Shown piece after piece: positions 47,950 to 57,764 of a stretch of 64,000 nt of DNA. The notes under the pieces were generated by a model. It saw only the letters and a program-made list of their open reading frames with translations, had not been told where the DNA came from and did not search any database. Each line of letters begins with the position of its first letter. Positions within the stretch are counted from its first letter, which is position 1. The position numbers were made by a program, and so were the translations under genes. Origin of the DNA: a virus; the IMG/VR virus record IMGVR_UViG_3300013131_000002, positions 14,252 to 78,251 of that record. The stretch is one strand, 5' to 3'.

Positions 47950-48921
47950 TCAACACTTTTTGCCACCCATTCTTTTCTTACCTGCTGCGGCCATAGCTTG
48001 GAATTTGTTCTTTCCATATTTTTTACGACCAACAGATGCTGCAATAGCTTCAGCAGATTCTTCAGACTTACCTTCACCTTTTAGGTTATTAACCATAGCA
48101 GCAAATCTTCCTCCACCTCCTGGTTTCATAGATTTACCACCTCCCATATAGGTACGTTTTCCACCTGTACGTTCTTGTGACTTTACAGTTACACCTGGTT
48201 TAGCAGCATTTACAACATTTGCTGCACCACTAAGAGCTTGACCTGCACCTGATAAAGCACTACCTACATTAGCACCTCTTCTAGTACCAGTAGCCTTTGC
48301 TTCTTCCATTTTTCTAGCATTTCTTAATGCTACTCTAGCACCTCTAGGATTAGATTGAGCAGTTTGCATAGCCAAATCATAAAATCCTAATTCTTTTTTA
48401 GGTTCTTCTTTAGGTTTAGGTGCTACTTCTCCTGCTGTTGTATTAGTAGATTCAGCATCAGCATCAGCTTTGGGGGGATCAGTATCTTCACCTCCAGCTC
48501 TCATTTTCTTTTTTGGGGACCCGAAATGGATTTCTTTGGATTCTTCCATCCAAGACTCCTTCATTTTCTTAGGGGCTTTACCAGCCTTTTTATACATTGT
48601 TTTCATGACTTCTGATTTTTTATTTTTAATGCCACCTTTTTTAAAGGTAGTCTGTGGTTGTTCGGGTTGAGATGTATTCACAGGGGCCCCTAAACTATTA
48701 CTAGCTAGGTTTTGAAGAGAAGCTCCAGTTGATTGTAAAGCTGGATATTGTACAGGGTTGCTGTCCATTTCTCCTCCAAGTGCATACTTAGATTTGATTT
48801 TCTTTTCTTGCTTAAGCATTTGCTTAGTAGGTTTCTTTCCAGAACCTTTATTGGCACGGATGTTATCCCAAAGTCCCCTTTGAGAGTATGACCCATCTTT
48901 TCTTTTAATCAGCTTGCTCAT
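47950..48921 (-). CDS. basic modular protein with repeated xxxGG motifs
   Basis: 323 aa, Lys-rich, low-complexity modules. Confidence 0.7.
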   Translation of the reverse strand: MSKLIKRKDGSYSQRGLWDNIRANKGSGKKPTKQMLKQEKKIKSKYALGGEMDSNPVQYPALQSTGASLQNLASNSLGAPVNTSQPEQPQTTFKKGGIKNKKSEVMKTMYKKAGKAPKKMKESWMEESKEIHFGSPKKKMRAGGEDTDPPKADADAESTNTTAGEVAPKPKEEPKKELGFYDLAMQTAQSNPRGARVALRNARKMEEAKATGTRRGANVGSALSGAGQALSGAANVVNAAKPGVTVKSQERTGGKRTYMGGGKSMKPGGGGRFAAMVNNLKGEGKSEESAEAIAASVGRKKYGKNKFQAMAAAGKKRMGGKKC

Positions 48922-49135
48922 CTTCTTTAGGTTTATTTAGCATTTGTCTTTCTTGACGAGCTTTCAATGCTCTCTCAACATTGAACCAGATTAGGGTTAT
49001 ACCCCCTATAATTCCTATGATCCAAGTTATACTGTTTGTAAACATGGCCCAAGAGATAGTAGCCCATGCTACATTAAGTCCTGCCCATTCCCCGTATTCT
49101 GCTATTTTGTGTGCGTCAATGTTAAAGTGTGCCAT
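48905..49135 (-). CDS. putative holin
   Basis: 76 aa, one or two TM segments, charged C-terminus. Confidence 0.5.
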   Translation of the reverse strand: MAHFNIDAHKIAEYGEWAGLNVAWATISWAMFTNSITWIIGIIGGITLIWFNVERALKARQERQMLNKPKEDEQAD

Positions 49136-49150
49136 TTCATTTATAAAGTA

Positions 49151-49411
49151 TTACCAATTACTGCAACTACCACACTTCCAAACTCGAAGTGCTTTGTTAA
49201 TTCTTGAGTTAGGGTCGTTAGCTGTTTTAGCTGAAGTAAGTCTTTTCTTCATACCACACATACGTGAACAGAAAGAGTTTCTTCTTTTGCCTCCCTTTGG
49301 TTGAGGAGCCTTTAGGTTGGATCCAGGGTGTTGACTTTCGTAAGACTTTCTGCCTTTTTCGTTAAGTCCACCTTTTGGATTTTTTCCTGCTTTATTTTGC
49401 CAAGCTGCCAT
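49151..49411 (-). CDS. small basic phage protein (DUF6321-like)
   Basis: AWQ..AGKNPKGGLNEKGR...SFCSRM.GMK...DPNSRINKALR.W.C. Confidence 0.75.
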   Translation of the reverse strand: MAAWQNKAGKNPKGGLNEKGRKSYESQHPGSNLKAPQPKGGKRRNSFCSRMCGMKKRLTSAKTANDPNSRINKALRVWKCGSCSNW

Positions 49412-49414
49412 ATC

Positions 49415-49424
49415 TACAAAATTA
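49415..49424 (-). promoter_or_regulatory. Bacteroidota -7 promoter element TAATTTTGTA
   Basis: TAnnTTTG ends 5 nt before the ATG at 49411. Confidence 0.6.
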
Positions 49425-49434
49425 GTTAAAAATG

Positions 49435-50163
49435 TTATTGTTGTACATTGTTATTATCATAATTTGTAGCCTGTTGTTGAGTAGATGGAGCTCCTCCTGT
49501 CACATCCTGAGATCTATCTGCAGATGTATCTGAGAATGTACCTGCAAGTAATCTAAGTTCTCCATTCATCATGCCTTGAGTAATAGCTTGTACCATATCC
49601 ATAGGCATAGGAAATGGACTAGAATCACTATAACAAGGTTGATTTCCACAATCTCTGAATGCTGCTACTTCTTCTGGATCTTCAAATACACCTCTTACGT
49701 TAACGTAATCAGCTCCTTTAGGATTAAGAACATATAGGTAGTCCTCAATCATGTAAGCTTTGGTATTGTTTCCAGTAAATTTATCTGCTGAAATATAATT
49801 GACTTCGTAAGGTTTTATCATTTGGAATCTTCCGATACCGGTAATATCTCCTACATAAGTAATAGCTTCTTCAAAATTAAAACGAACAGTTCTTGGAAGT
49901 TTCTTAACACTTCGATAAGCTGGACAGCCTATTGTAATGTTACAGCATTTAGATAAATCTACTTTTGTTAAAGCAACACATCGTAAGTCTTGTTCTAAGT
50001 GACGTGTTATTAATCCATTTCGTGCAAAGTCACGACGGATAAAGACAGCACGGTAGTGCTTAATATTAAATTTAATCTGGTCAATAGAGATGTTCTCATC
50101 TTGTGAGCTTCGACCACCTCTAAAAGAGTTAAGCAGATTGTATGCTATTTCATCTAAAGTCAT
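49435..50163 (-). CDS. tail ring/adaptor protein
   Basis: VRGVFEDPEEV...FPMPMDMV motif of crAss ring proteins. Confidence 0.7.
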   Translation of the reverse strand: MTLDEIAYNLLNSFRGGRSSQDENISIDQIKFNIKHYRAVFIRRDFARNGLITRHLEQDLRCVALTKVDLSKCCNITIGCPAYRSVKKLPRTVRFNFEEAITYVGDITGIGRFQMIKPYEVNYISADKFTGNNTKAYMIEDYLYVLNPKGADYVNVRGVFEDPEEVAAFRDCGNQPCYSDSSPFPMPMDMVQAITQGMMNGELRLLAGTFSDTSADRSQDVTGGAPSTQQQATNYDNNNVQQ

Positions 50164-50174
50164 TGTCTCTGTAT

Positions 50175-51335
50175 TTATCTAACATTGCTTTGTAAGTATC
50201 CTTCAAGTCCTTCGTCGTAATTCCAAACAAATGCCTGAGCAGTCCTGAGTGCTTGATATCCCATCTTTTTGTGCCATTCATCTAGTGCACATATTGATGG
50301 GAGAAATCTCACCTTAACTCCTCGGTATTCGTTCACCTGTTCTTTATGGTAATGTCCACAGTGAGTTTCTCTAAACTCAGTTGATGCAAACATCTCCGGT
50401 TGTTCAGTAGCCATTATTAGTGGCATATCTGAAGGTTTTTCATTATCTCCGTGGGTAAACATTATCATGTTTTTCCCATACTTGTAATACTTTCTTGGCA
50501 TTGTAGAATTGTCTACAGTGACATCTGGGTCGTTTCTAAACCACCCTGCCAGAACATCTCCGGCATAAAACATTCTCTCATAATCGTGGTTCCCCGATAC
50601 AACAATAATATCGACTGGGGCCACATCTTTCAAGAAATCTACGGCTCTAACTATCAAAGTCCAGTAGCCTTTAAATGATTCTTTCCATCCGACTACATCA
50701 TGTTGAGGAGTGCCTTTAGTTGTTGACATCCTCATACTGTCTGTATTCATTCCATCGTTTCCGATTGGGAGAAGAATCCTTTCGATATTCAATCCAGAAG
50801 CTTTTAGAACTAAGTCCTCTATTGTATCGAGGAATTGCTTTTCCATTTCCTCTAGACTTATTTCTGTCAACTTTCCGTAGTGAATATCTGGTAGTGAAAT
50901 CTCAAGAGTTACTTTTGATTTGAAGTCCCTGCTTCTCGATGGTTTGTTTATCTTACGAGCCTTAGGGCTATATGAGCTTGCAAATTCTTCAATATCTTTT
51001 TGAATTTCCTCTACCGTTCTTTCATTCTTTGTAACTACAGAGAACCGTTGTTCTCCTTTCATATTCTGCCAGTATTTAACGGAATTGACCATTGAGTGAT
51101 CAATCCCGTTCTTTTCTAAATACTGTTCAAACTCTGTTATAACATTGTCAGAATCGTTGGTTAGTTCAACCTTTACGACCTTTCTGTTAATTTGTTTTCT
51201 TTCACTTCTTGCAGCTTTTAATGCTGCAGTAGCATCCTGTAAACTAACCTTAAACTTTCTTGCTAAATAACTTGGTCCTGAGTTTAAATAACCAGGTCTA
51301 GCATGAAGTATCTGGATTAATTTAGGTATGGTCAT
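50175..51335 (-). CDS. calcineurin-like metallophosphoesterase with an N-terminal helical domain
   Basis: PDIHYG, GNDG, GNHD, THGD, GHYH. Confidence 0.85.
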   Translation of the reverse strand: MTIPKLIQILHARPGYLNSGPSYLARKFKVSLQDATAALKAARSERKQINRKVVKVELTNDSDNVITEFEQYLEKNGIDHSMVNSVKYWQNMKGEQRFSVVTKNERTVEEIQKDIEEFASSYSPKARKINKPSRSRDFKSKVTLEISLPDIHYGKLTEISLEEMEKQFLDTIEDLVLKASGLNIERILLPIGNDGMNTDSMRMSTTKGTPQHDVVGWKESFKGYWTLIVRAVDFLKDVAPVDIIVVSGNHDYERMFYAGDVLAGWFRNDPDVTVDNSTMPRKYYKYGKNMIMFTHGDNEKPSDMPLIMATEQPEMFASTEFRETHCGHYHKEQVNEYRGVKVRFLPSICALDEWHKKMGYQALRTAQAFVWNYDEGLEGYLQSNVR

Positions 51336-51643
51336 TACGATACATATGTAACAAGTAATGTACTACCAGTAGCTACAAAGCTAAATGTGCTAGGAGCAAA
51401 TCTGTTTCCATTTCCTCCAGCATCAAATTCTACTTTACCTGCAGCAGGTACAGAAGTAGCTACTCCATTACTAGCTGTTACAGTGACTGCAGCTGCCCCT
51501 ACATTTTGGAATGTAATGTTATTTACAGATGCTGTAATTGTACCAGTAGTTGTACTACTTATAATAGTAGCAGTTTTTAAGTTTGGAGCACTGAGTGCGT
51601 CAGCAATATTGTTTAGCAGAATGTCATGTAGAGAGTGTGGCAT
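51335..51643 (-). CDS. small beta-rich virion protein
   Basis: 102 aa, Thr/Ala/Val-rich. Confidence 0.55.
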   Translation of the reverse strand: MPHSLHDILLNNIADALSAPNLKTATIISSTTTGTITASVNNITFQNVGAAAVTVTASNGVATSVPAAGKVEFDAGGNGNRFAPSTFSFVATGSTLLVTYVS

Positions 51644-51647
51644 AATT

Positions 51648-52076
51648 TTAATTTATTAATTTTGCAATGGCCTCAAGTTGGTCTGCAGATAATTCAGTAG
51701 GAAGAATTTTTTCATTGAGCATTTTAAGTTCCAATGTAGCTTCTTCATCTAATCTAGCATTTACTTGTGCCATTTGGGTTTTACGTGATTCAACAAGTTC
51801 AGCATGCTCTTCTTCTAACTTTTTTAATCCCTCCTGGTCATCCACTTGAATGAACTTTTGAGCTTCTTGAGCCAAAGCTACAAACTCAGGAGATGGCATT
51901 GCCATAGCCTCTAGTTCATCTAGGTGTTCTTTGATAACTCTAGAATTAATTACTAGAATAGTTGCATACTTAACATTTCTAACATCTCTTGTTTCTTGAA
52001 ACACTTGATACATGTTTAAGAATTCTCGATTTGTTGCGGTGATGTTCACACCATACTTTTCTGTTACATTAATCAT
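51648..52076 (-). CDS. hypothetical protein, possible tail-fibre chaperone
   Basis: 142 aa, helical, directly downstream of the fibre gene. Confidence 0.5.
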   Translation of the reverse strand: MINVTEKYGVNITATNREFLNMYQVFQETRDVRNVKYATILVINSRVIKEHLDELEAMAMPSPEFVALAQEAQKFIQVDDQEGLKKLEEEHAELVESRKTQMAQVNARLDEEATLELKMLNEKILPTELSADQLEAIAKLIN

Positions 52077-52102
52077 AACTATTTGTTTTTGGTTTTTACT
52101 TA

Positions 52103-53380
52103 TTATTCACCGGTTGCATACACTCTGATCCATGCATCCACACCGTTTATTTGAATTTTAATTGCTCCAGTTTTAGCTGCAGCTGATGCAGTAGAACTAG
52201 AAATTGAGTTAGCTGAAGCAGCTCCTGAGATCCCTGTAAAGTTAGTAAATGGAAGTGTAGATCCACCTGCAGCTTGAATTACTTTTCCTCCCGTTCCTGT
52301 AGTAGATAACCCTGGTGCAATTGTAATATTACCACCTGTACTTGAACTTGTAGATCCTGCTGAAATATATAGAGACCCTCCGGCTCCAGTAAATGAACCA
52401 CCTGCACTTAAGTAAAGGGGACCACCAGTTCCAGATCCTAATCCAGTATTTCCAGCTTGTATATTTATTGATCCTGCTGCCCCAGTTCCAGAAGCAAGTC
52501 CTCCTAATATTGAAACAGACCCAGCTCCTACGTTTGCAACTGATGCACTTGGACCTTGAATTGTAAAGTTTCCAGGAGTTGCTGTAGCAGTCATTTCAAT
52601 GCTCTGTGTAATTGCTCCATTAAGAGCAATACCATTATTTACATTTAAATCGTAAGTGTAAAATGCTGTTGGAGTTGAACTACCTACAAATACTTTACCT
52701 GTAGAATTCACTGCTATACCTTCATTTTGTCCATCTCCACTTAACCATGCAAATCTAAAAATGTTAAATACACCTGCATCTAAGTTTGCAACTAAAGTAG
52801 ATAGATTGGCAGCAATTGTAATTGTACCTGCTCCATTAGTAATAGTTACATTTGATCCTGCAGTTAAGTTAGCAAGAGCTGGAGCAAGTCCTGTACGACC
52901 TATTACTAGTTGGCCATTTGTTGCAGCTCCTAAAGCAGTCATAGCTCCAGTACCGTTACCTATATATAAACTATTAGATGTTAAACTTGATAATCCAGTA
53001 CCACCATTAGGAACTGGAAGAACCCCGGTAACATCTGCTGTAAGGCTTACAGATCCTGATGATAAAAATTGTGATACTGAATTATCACAGTTATCTAGAT
53101 TTATAAGTGATTCGTTTACTTGCAAAGTAACATTATTACTTGCAGTAGCTACTGTTAATAATGTATTTAAAGACTTAATACCTTTGAAATTCAAAGTGTT
53201 CTTATTTGTCACACTTACAAATAATGACTCAGATCCAGTCCCAGCTGTACTTAGAGTTGGGAATAAATCAGTTGCTAACAGTTTATAATTAGCAGCACCT
53301 GCAGTATCGGCTATTAATAAATAATGTGGGGCTGATAGTGTAGTTTTTGCTATTGTACTTAGAGAGCTTATTGTTGCCAT
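52103..53380 (-). CDS. tail fibre/spike protein
   Basis: Likely start MATISSL at 53380; VTGVLPVPNGGTG motif, Gly-rich G-x-x-x-x-x-x-G repeats, C-terminal IKIQINGVDAWIRVY. Confidence 0.75.
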   Translation of the reverse strand: MATISSLSTIAKTTLSAPHYLLIADTAGAANYKLLATDLFPTLSTAGTGSESLFVSVTNKNTLNFKGIKSLNTLLTVATASNNVTLQVNESLINLDNCDNSVSQFLSSGSVSLTADVTGVLPVPNGGTGLSSLTSNSLYIGNGTGAMTALGAATNGQLVIGRTGLAPALANLTAGSNVTITNGAGTITIAANLSTLVANLDAGVFNIFRFAWLSGDGQNEGIAVNSTGKVFVGSSTPTAFYTYDLNVNNGIALNGAITQSIEMTATATPGNFTIQGPSASVANVGAGSVSILGGLASGTGAAGSINIQAGNTGLGSGTGGPLYLSAGGSFTGAGGSLYISAGSTSSSTGGNITIAPGLSTTGTGGKVIQAAGGSTLPFTNFTGISGAASANSISSSTASAAAKTGAIKIQINGVDAWIRVYATGE

Positions 53381-53385
53381 TTTTT

Positions 53386-53946
53386 TTATAATTTTATAGA
53401 TCCACCGGTTTCTAATGTGATAGGAGTAGTTCCATCTTCTCCGTAAAGATTTCCTGCTGTAGATGCAGGAACAGCCGCAGCTGGAATAGGATTTGATATA
53501 ATGCATTCTTTACAAAACTCAGAAGCATATAGTATAAAAGTTTTTAAGTAAGTTTCTGTACCAAATATTAAAGATGGCAAACCAATTAATTGCACTTCTC
53601 CTTTACCTTTTACTTTAAACCCAATTTGTCCATATGTAACTCCATTAATTTCTGAACCATTATATAGACAAGTAGATCCACCAAATTGTAAAGATATCTT
53701 ATGTGAATTCTCGTTATATGAACTATATCTTTTTAAAAGATATATGATTAATTCTAACTTGACTAGTTCAATATTAGAACATCTCATTCCTCCAGATATC
53801 TTTTTATAGTAAGCATTACCTTTTGTCTCAAGACAAGTTTCTAAACTTGCAATATAATCAACGTAATCCATACCGTTAACTTGAACTGGTATGTTAGAGT
53901 AGATTAAACCTTCTCCACTAAAAGTATAATATTCTGGATATGGCAT
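53386..53946 (-). CDS. tail hub / fibre-anchoring protein
   Basis: Position; C-terminal LYGEDG..ITLETG motif. Confidence 0.5.
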   Translation of the reverse strand: MPYPEYYTFSGEGLIYSNIPVQVNGMDYVDYIASLETCLETKGNAYYKKISGGMRCSNIELVKLELIIYLLKRYSSYNENSHKISLQFGGSTCLYNGSEINGVTYGQIGFKVKGKGEVQLIGLPSLIFGTETYLKTFILYASEFCKECIISNPIPAAAVPASTAGNLYGEDGTTPITLETGGSIKL

Positions 53947-53955
53947 CTTCTTATA

Positions 53956-54519
53956 TTAACATCCACATGCACATGTGGCGGTACAAAAATCTTTAGCTTT
54001 GTTATATTTATTGATTGCATCTTCTAAATTGCCATTAATTGCACTATACTTAGCAGACTCTGCTAGCAAGTGAACTTTTTGTGCAGTGAGTAAATCCTCA
54101 TTACATTTTTGACATTTACAGGTACAATCAATTGCATCTTGTACTAAGCTTGCAATACAACAATCTAATTCACATGATCCTACAGCTGATACATAAAAAT
54201 TTTGAGCTTCTCCTGGGTCATAAATACTAATTGTAATAACTCCATTGAAAGTTTCTCCAATTGAGTCACTTGAAACTTCTGTCCACCAAACTCCATTTAC
54301 ACTGTCATATGTGTAATAAACTGGAATACCATTGTCTCCAAATGGAGTACAGTTATCATCATCATATAAATCTTCTGTAGGAGCAAATCCAGTAGTATTG
54401 TTTGTGTACTGATAGTGATTATAAACACTACAGTTAGCAGGATCATCACTAACTGTTAAGATAAATGATTTGCAATCTGGACTTATTTGTAAACTTACAA
54501 AAGGATTTGTAGCAGGCAT
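53956..54519 (-). CDS. Cys-rich tail hub protein
   Basis: C-terminal CELDCC...CTCKCQKC...CTATCACGC. Confidence 0.55.
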   Translation of the reverse strand: MPATNPFVSLQISPDCKSFILTVSDDPANCSVYNHYQYTNNTTGFAPTEDLYDDDNCTPFGDNGIPVYYTYDSVNGVWWTEVSSDSIGETFNGVITISIYDPGEAQNFYVSAVGSCELDCCIASLVQDAIDCTCKCQKCNEDLLTAQKVHLLAESAKYSAINGNLEDAINKYNKAKDFCTATCACGC

Positions 54520-54545
54520 TGTATTTATTTTGATGTAAAGATAAT

Positions 54546-54576
54546 AAAAAGTAGGGGATTTGACTCCCCTACTTTT
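54546..54576 (-). terminator. intrinsic terminator
   Basis: AAAAGTAGGGGA-loop-TCCCCTACTTTT. Confidence 0.85.
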
Positions 54577-54591
54577 AAAGATTAGTTACTA

Positions 54592-55674
54592 TTAATAGTA
54601 AGCTTCAAAGGCAGTACCTGCAGCAGCACCAAATCCGAAGAATTCATCCCAAACTGCTGTACCAGCTGTGGTTCCAGACCAAGCAGTAGTTGAGTTAGAA
54701 CGGATATACATACGGATAGTATTCCACTCACCTGCACGAGCAATACCAGTGTCACTAGGATGGTTGTGGTCGTAAGACACTTCAAGTACATCATAGTTAA
54801 AACCAGCTTGAGCATAGTCAGTCTGAGTTTGTGGGAAATACATACGGTTGAAGTTACCATAACGAGAACGTTGTGCTTTCTCATCAGAGATTGCTTGCCA
54901 GTAGTTACCGTTACCTGCATCCCATCCAGTTGTTGTAACAGTTACAGCACTTAAGTCAGTAACAGAATTGAAAACAACTAAATCAAAAACAACTCCAGCA
55001 TGACGAGCAAGGACTGAAACAGTGTCGTTAGTGTTAGTCACTGTACTTACAGCAGCAGTAAACATGTTATTCAAAGTAGGATTAGCAGCAATTGCATTGC
55101 TAATTACTTGAGCAATAGTAGTACCTGTAGTGTGTGAAGTACCAGCAGGAACTTCTACAATTTGTAGAATGTCACGACCAGCAGCAAAGTTACCAATCAA
55201 TGGGAAAATCTTACCACCACCAGAAAGATCTAATCCAGTGTTAGTTGGGTTAGCAAATGCTTCGTAGTTAGTTGGATAAGTACGAAGAGCAATTTTTGCT
55301 AAGTAAGTTTGTCCAGTTGGAACTGCAGCCGAAAAAGTAGCAACTTGAGTGTGACGTTGTGAAGCAACATACGGCATATACTTAACACGACGAATTTGCT
55401 TTGGACGGATGATTGGAGAAGCAATTGGATAAGCTCCAGTTGTTCCTTGGGTTACTTGAAAATACTCAAGGCTGCTTGCCATCAAAGATGCAGGGGCAGT
55501 GCTATAAGTATGTGTACCAGCTCCAGTTGATTCAAATGTCCATACACCACCTCTATTAGCTGATGCAGCAAGAGAGTTGAAACCATTGGTTCCATCATAC
55601 TTGTCGAAAACAGTACCAGATGCACATGATGCATTGTTGATTACAAAAACTTGATTTAAATTAGTAGGTCTCAT
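54592..55674 (-). CDS. auxiliary capsid protein (crAss gene-73-like)
   Basis: Third gene after the MCP, followed by a terminator; GNGNYWQA..DE...YGNFNRMYFP. Confidence 0.6.
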   Translation of the reverse strand: MRPTNLNQVFVINNASCASGTVFDKYDGTNGFNSLAASANRGGVWTFESTGAGTHTYSTAPASLMASSLEYFQVTQGTTGAYPIASPIIRPKQIRRVKYMPYVASQRHTQVATFSAAVPTGQTYLAKIALRTYPTNYEAFANPTNTGLDLSGGGKIFPLIGNFAAGRDILQIVEVPAGTSHTTGTTIAQVISNAIAANPTLNNMFTAAVSTVTNTNDTVSVLARHAGVVFDLVVFNSVTDLSAVTVTTTGWDAGNGNYWQAISDEKAQRSRYGNFNRMYFPQTQTDYAQAGFNYDVLEVSYDHNHPSDTGIARAGEWNTIRMYIRSNSTTAWSGTTAGTAVWDEFFGFGAAAGTAFEAYY

Positions 55675-55707
55675 TTTACCTTTTTTTTAAGTTAAACACA
55701 TTATTAA

Positions 55708-56832
55708 TTATTCACTCTCGAATGTTTCCATCGATTGTGTTTGATACCTAGGGTCTTGGATACCCTCAAGTATGCTCTTTATTGCCATCTCTACAATTTC
55801 TACGTGGGTGTGTTCTGGAAGTTCACAACCTACTCCGTTAATTATTGAGATGTCTTCTGGTCTACGAATATACTTAATAGTAATTTCGGGGACTATAAAT
55901 TCATTATCTGTATGTACATCAATATAGTTTTCTTCTATTGTGTACAGTGGAGTTCTATAATCGACTCTGTTAAATGGATCATCTAACATATAAAGTATGT
56001 CATCATGCTGAGCATATTTTGCTAAACTAGTTCTTGAATCTCCATTATAACTTCTTATTGTTTTAGTTATAGTTCTTCTTTCACTAGTGAATATACTTAC
56101 ACCTGATGACCACGTAACTACTACATAGTTTCCCCATACATCTTGTCCTAATACAGGCCCCTGCCATGTAGCTGGATTGTATAGATATATATGATTACTA
56201 TCTAGTATTGGGCTAACGTGAGAGGTGTCCCCTAATGAATTTTCCAAAGGAAAATTAGTCATAGGGATTATCCCATAAAAATAATTTTGGCTATTAATCA
56301 ATTCATCATGAGTAATCTCTTCATTAGTAGGAAGATTTATCAATTGTTGTAATAGACCTGTAGTTGAGTCAAATCCATAAAGTCCTATTAGAAAATCTCC
56401 AGGATTTGGGGGAGTAAGATCAATTTTAATTACATCAATAATTTCATCTTCATATACTATACTGTCTTGAATATTTGTATTACAAGTGTATTTAACATTT
56501 GCTCTTACAGATACTAAGAATAAATAGTCCAATGGAAGAGTATATCTATCAATGTAAATATCTGAGTAGTTAGAGGTAAAGACTACACCTTCATATTGGG
56601 TGTAGCCTTTATGCTCTACTACTAGTGTTCTAAGATCATCAATACGTTTTTGAGATTGCTCAAATCCTTTTCCAAGACGGTTAGATGTGAAATTATACCT
56701 CTGTTTGATAAATCGAGTCATAGCTAGATTAAGCTCATGATCAATCTCTTGAGGTAATAAGTTGTCAACTTGGAAGGATGCAATTTTTTGCACCCCTAAG
56801 TTTACAGCTATATGCATTTCATTAACCGTCAT
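55708..56832 (-). CDS. head-tail ring protein (crAss gene-74-like)
   Basis: GFEQSQKRIDDLRTLV, LPLDYLF, YIRRP, CELPEHTHVEIV. Confidence 0.8.
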   Translation of the reverse strand: MTVNEMHIAVNLGVQKIASFQVDNLLPQEIDHELNLAMTRFIKQRYNFTSNRLGKGFEQSQKRIDDLRTLVVEHKGYTQYEGVVFTSNYSDIYIDRYTLPLDYLFLVSVRANVKYTCNTNIQDSIVYEDEIIDVIKIDLTPPNPGDFLIGLYGFDSTTGLLQQLINLPTNEEITHDELINSQNYFYGIIPMTNFPLENSLGDTSHVSPILDSNHIYLYNPATWQGPVLGQDVWGNYVVVTWSSGVSIFTSERRTITKTIRSYNGDSRTSLAKYAQHDDILYMLDDPFNRVDYRTPLYTIEENYIDVHTDNEFIVPEITIKYIRRPEDISIINGVGCELPEHTHVEIVEMAIKSILEGIQDPRYQTQSMETFESE

Positions 56833-56844
56833 TGACTGTTAGGT

Positions 56845-57648
56845 TTAGTATTGTTGTTCTTTCAATTTAGCTCTCATTGCATTAAGTTGCCCTGAGTTCT
56901 TTTTGTTTTTAAAATACACTATGGCATTCTTAGAATCTTCAGCTATAGTTTCCTCTTCGTAGATTAACTGATTTCCAATTTTTCTAAGAACTCCTTTCTC
57001 AACCATTTCTTCAATCTCTGCTCTAATCTCTAAGTTTTGATCTAAGCATGTCTTTAAGAAACGTTCAGCATTGTTCTCTTTAAAGTCATACAATGAATTT
57101 TCAAGTTCTATTTCTGACATTCTTGCTGGGTCAGTATTCATAAGAACTCTTGCAAGCATTTTCATTTTATCTTTGTTGTCTCCCAACTTGATAAACTCTT
57201 TATCTGCTTCTTTCTTCAATTGTACTTTAGCATTTTTCTTTTGCAAATCTTTTTGAGGATCGTAAATGTAGAATCTCTTTTCTCCATTATCTTTCATTTC
57301 CTCTTCAGATGTAGCAACTTGTCTATGCTTTTTACACCATTGATAATAAATGTAATCCATTACATTGTAAGGAATTCCATCTTCATCTGTGCTAATATCT
57401 AACTCAACTCCTTCGAAAGGAACTTTTAAGTTTAGACTTGCCCAGAAGTCTTTGGTTTTTTCTGGCCATTTCTCATGTCCAGGTGGTACATCCATAATTT
57501 TTGAGAGAACCTTATTCTCTTCTTCCCCATCCAATCCTTTGAGTGGCTGGCGGTTCACGTAAATTGAACCAATTTTGATCTTAGCTCCTGCTCTGATCTC
57601 TTTTGGAAGGTGGTTTAAAACCTCCTTTCTTCTGATAATTACTTTCAT
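56845..57648 (-). CDS. conserved virion-module protein (crAss gene-75-like)
   Basis: Directly after the MCP. Confidence 0.6.
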   Translation of the reverse strand: MKVIIRRKEVLNHLPKEIRAGAKIKIGSIYVNRQPLKGLDGEEENKVLSKIMDVPPGHEKWPEKTKDFWASLNLKVPFEGVELDISTDEDGIPYNVMDYIYYQWCKKHRQVATSEEEMKDNGEKRFYIYDPQKDLQKKNAKVQLKKEADKEFIKLGDNKDKMKMLARVLMNTDPARMSEIELENSLYDFKENNAERFLKTCLDQNLEIRAEIEEMVEKGVLRKIGNQLIYEEETIAEDSKNAIVYFKNKKNSGQLNAMRAKLKEQQY

Positions 57649-57712
57649 TTGTTTGTTCTTTTTTCTTTATCGTTAGGATGAAGAATAACCTAACATACTT
57701 TTATATTAAAAT

Positions 57713-57745
57713 AAAAAGGAGCAGGCATTCACCTGCCCCCTTTTT
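57713..57745 (-). terminator. intrinsic terminator after the MCP
   Basis: AAAAAGGAGCAGG-cattca-CCTGCCCCCTTTTT. Confidence 0.75.
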
Positions 57746-57764
57746 AGTGCAAACCAAACACAAA

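Noticed and set aside
52103-53380. Diversity-generating retroelement target or invertible fibre cassette
   Set aside because: No reverse transcriptase, recombinase or duplicated template region is visible in the window
53381-53506. Upstream extension of the fibre ORF, or a programmed frameshift fusing hub and fibre
   Set aside because: The extension overlaps the hub gene and reads as non-protein-like; I found no canonical slippery heptamer before the stop; the A-run is a normal Bacteroidota translation start context
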